From NCBI RefSeq assembly GCF_018350175.1, contig NC_058382.1, positions 57,910,001 through 57,974,000 on the forward strand: a stretch of DNA of 64,000 bases, in the 5' to 3' direction. Position 1 is the first letter of the stretch; each line of letters opens with the position of its first letter. Source of the DNA: Felis catus. Its lineage: Eukaryota. Below the pieces are notes generated by a model that was not told where the DNA came from, did no database searches, and saw only the letters and a program-made list of their open reading frames with translations. The translations under genes were made by a program, and so were the position numbers. Positions 61,836 through 64,000 of the stretch are shown here, in pieces.

Positions 61836-62056
61836 GGGGCGCCTGGGGGGCTCAGTCGGTTGAGCGTCCGACTTCGGCTCAGGTCATGATCTCACGGTCC
61901 GTGAGTTCAAGCCCTGCATCGGGCTCTGTGCTGATGGCTCGGAGCCTGGAGCCTGCTTCGGAATCTGTGTCTCCCTCTCTCTCTGCCTCTCTCTCTGTCC
62001 CCCTCTCTCCCTCTCTCTCTTTCAAGAATAAATAAACATTAAAAGGTTTTTTAAAA
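61836..62056 (+). mobile_element. Can-SINE
   Basis: Consensus. Confidence 0.92.
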
Positions 62057-63628
62057 GGATTTTAATGCTTTTTATTTCACTTTTAAAGGTGACGGATCCC
62101 GGCTCCAACACTTCCTGTGAGGTCTTGAGCAAGTAACTCCTGTGCCCCTTAGTTTCTTCATCTGTAAAGCGTTGGTGATTGAATCAGCCTCAAAGAGGGG
62201 GTCGAGTGGATTCATGCGCCTGAAGCACTCAGCCTGGTCCCTGGCAGTCGGCAAGCTCCGCCTAAGCGCTGGCTGTCATCTTGACCTTACGATCGCGTTG
62301 TCGCGGTGGGGACTTGGGGAGCACTGCGCCCCAGCCCGGCCTCACAGCTCCGAGGCAGCTGCCGTCGTGGTTTCCTCCTCCTGGGCGCCACAGGGGCGTG
62401 TGTCCAGCAGGTTGAGACGGGGCCCCCACGCGGAAGGAGCGTCCCTCACCACCCCCCCACCCCCCACCCGCCCCGAGCGGATTGGGACTCTGCAAAATGC
62501 GTTCAAGGCGATGCTGGAGAAGCGTTTTAGCTTGAGAAGATGTCCTGGACCTTGTGACACTCAGACCCTCCCTCGGGGTGGGTGTGGTATGGCGGCCTGG
62601 AAGGGCGAGACCCTGAGGGAAGCTTCCAGAACGTGAGGGTGGGAGCATGCACAGGGAGGGGCCCGGGACGAGGGAGGAGTTGGCACCAAGGGCTCAAGGG
62701 AGCTTACCTGACAGTGTCGAGTCTTTTGCCTGAAGTCTCACGTGTTCGGTGTTGAAAACTTAGCTAATAGAGACTGAAAGGACGTGATGAAAACTCTGCG
62801 TGATTCCATAACCCCGAGCTTCCAGCCCACTTGTGCTGTGACTTCCCTAGCTGAGAGGTGGGGGCCAGTGGCAGGATTCGTAGGGGAGACGGGGCAAGTT
62901 AGAACGTGTCAGGGCAGAGGGCCGGCCGGGACACAGTCCTCGTGGCATGGAGCGTCCTTGGACGAGGGGCCAGGTAGTGACCACTGTTCGTCTGTTGCCG
63001 GACACCCAGCTGGTTTCTGGGTTTTCACAGATGTGGGCTGCTCGCTAGCAAGCCTTCTCGAACCTCGTCTGCCCTCCCGGAAGCCTCCGCCCTGGGCCCG
63101 TCCCCGTCCCGGGCCCCCCCGCCCTCTGGTTCCCATCGAGTGGCCCCATGGACCGCCGTGGCCTTGCCCCATCGGGCAGCGGGGAGCCTGGGGACTTCCT
63201 GGCCTCCCCGCCAGCCGTGCAGTAAGTGGCCAGAGGGGCATAAGACCAGAAGGGGGCAGTTTTCTTCGGCGGCCTCCGAGTGGCTTCCCGGGACCGGCAG
63301 CTGGCGAATGGTGACAAGCCCCCGGTGCCGAGAGACCACGGGAGCCCCGCGCTGACGGTGCGCCCAGCGCCCGGGCTCCGCCGGGGTTCATTTCTCTGGG
63401 CTGTTGTTCAGGCTTTTTAGCAAGAGAATGAGGAAAGCTCCCGAACATCTCCTGCGTTCTCCACGTTCTTCCGTCGATCCTGTTCTTCAGGGTTGATTTA
63501 TTGAACACCTGCTATACGGTTGGGCGTCCCAGAGGGAATGATAAATACACCGTCCTGTTGAGTACGTGTGACGTCCCCATGCTACAGGTGTTAGTTGGCC
63601 GGCTTCATTTAAAACAAAAACAGAAAAC

Positions 63629-63838
63629 GGGCGCCTGGGAGGCTCAGTCGGTTGAGCATCTGACTTGGGCTCAGGTCACGATCTCACGGTCCGTGGGTTC
63701 GAGCCCCGCGTCGGGCTCTGTGCTGACAGCTGGGGGCCTGGAGCCTGCTTCGGATTCCGTGTCTCCCTCTCTCTCTGCCCCTCCCCTGCTCGTGCTCTGT
63801 CTCTAAAACACATAAACATTTAAAAAAAAAAAAAAAAA
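63629..63838 (+). mobile_element. Can-SINE
   Basis: Consensus with poly-A. Confidence 0.92.
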
Positions 63839-64000
63839 GATAGGGGAAGGCGGTATTGTCTAAAAATTAAAAAAAAAAACAACCTTATCTTGAGACGATT
63901 GTAGATTGACACGTAGTTGTGAGAGGTAACAGACCTTGGGTGCCCCTCCCCTAATCTCCCCCAGTGGCGGTATCTTGCATAACCGCGGTCCGATGTCACA

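Noticed and set aside
717..63806. Recurrent short ORFs with 'AQVTISRFVGSSPASGSVLTA' or 'EPGACFRFCVSLSL' peptides
   Set aside because: These are translations of SINE copies, not a gene family.
473..63838. tRNA genes
   Set aside because: The A/B-box-like sequences are the tRNA-derived heads of Can-SINEs.
1..64000. CRISPR arrays, rRNA, operons, miRNA hairpins, CTCF/REST sites
   Set aside because: This is eukaryotic DNA with no repeat-spacer arrays. I recognised no RNA gene, and CTCF/REST matches were only partial.

Overview
Mammalian (felid) genomic DNA. It is GC-rich and carries about 32 Feliformia-type Can-SINEs plus decayed L1, L2, MIR, MLT1, MER5 and Tigger remnants. There is one credible protein-coding feature. 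A CpG island at about 42.1-45.7 kb holds a large + strand first coding exon: ATG at 43202, phase-0 donor AAG|GTAAGC after 45533, about 777 codons. It encodes five tandem cysteine-rich repeats of the form CxxCG...PFFPFL...PxPxA...CxxC...LxxQW, separated by poly-Ala/Gly, acidic and basic linkers. I interpret it as the far-upstream first exon of a long GSE1 isoform resembling Drosophila Plexus; a GSE1-like paralog cannot be excluded without a search. The exon has an apparent one-base insertion in a G4C5 run at 44817-44825, most likely an assembly error, which splits it across two frames. No second exon is recognisable in the remaining 18 kb. Other notable structure: a uORF with three in-frame ATGs, a (GAGAGCGAGAGAGC)6 promoter repeat, a 92%-identical inverted L2-end pair in intron 1, a triple-nested SINE, a 16-kb SINE-free domain around the exon, and several candidate enhancers. 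Nearly all other ORFs in the track are GC-rich or SINE-derived noise.
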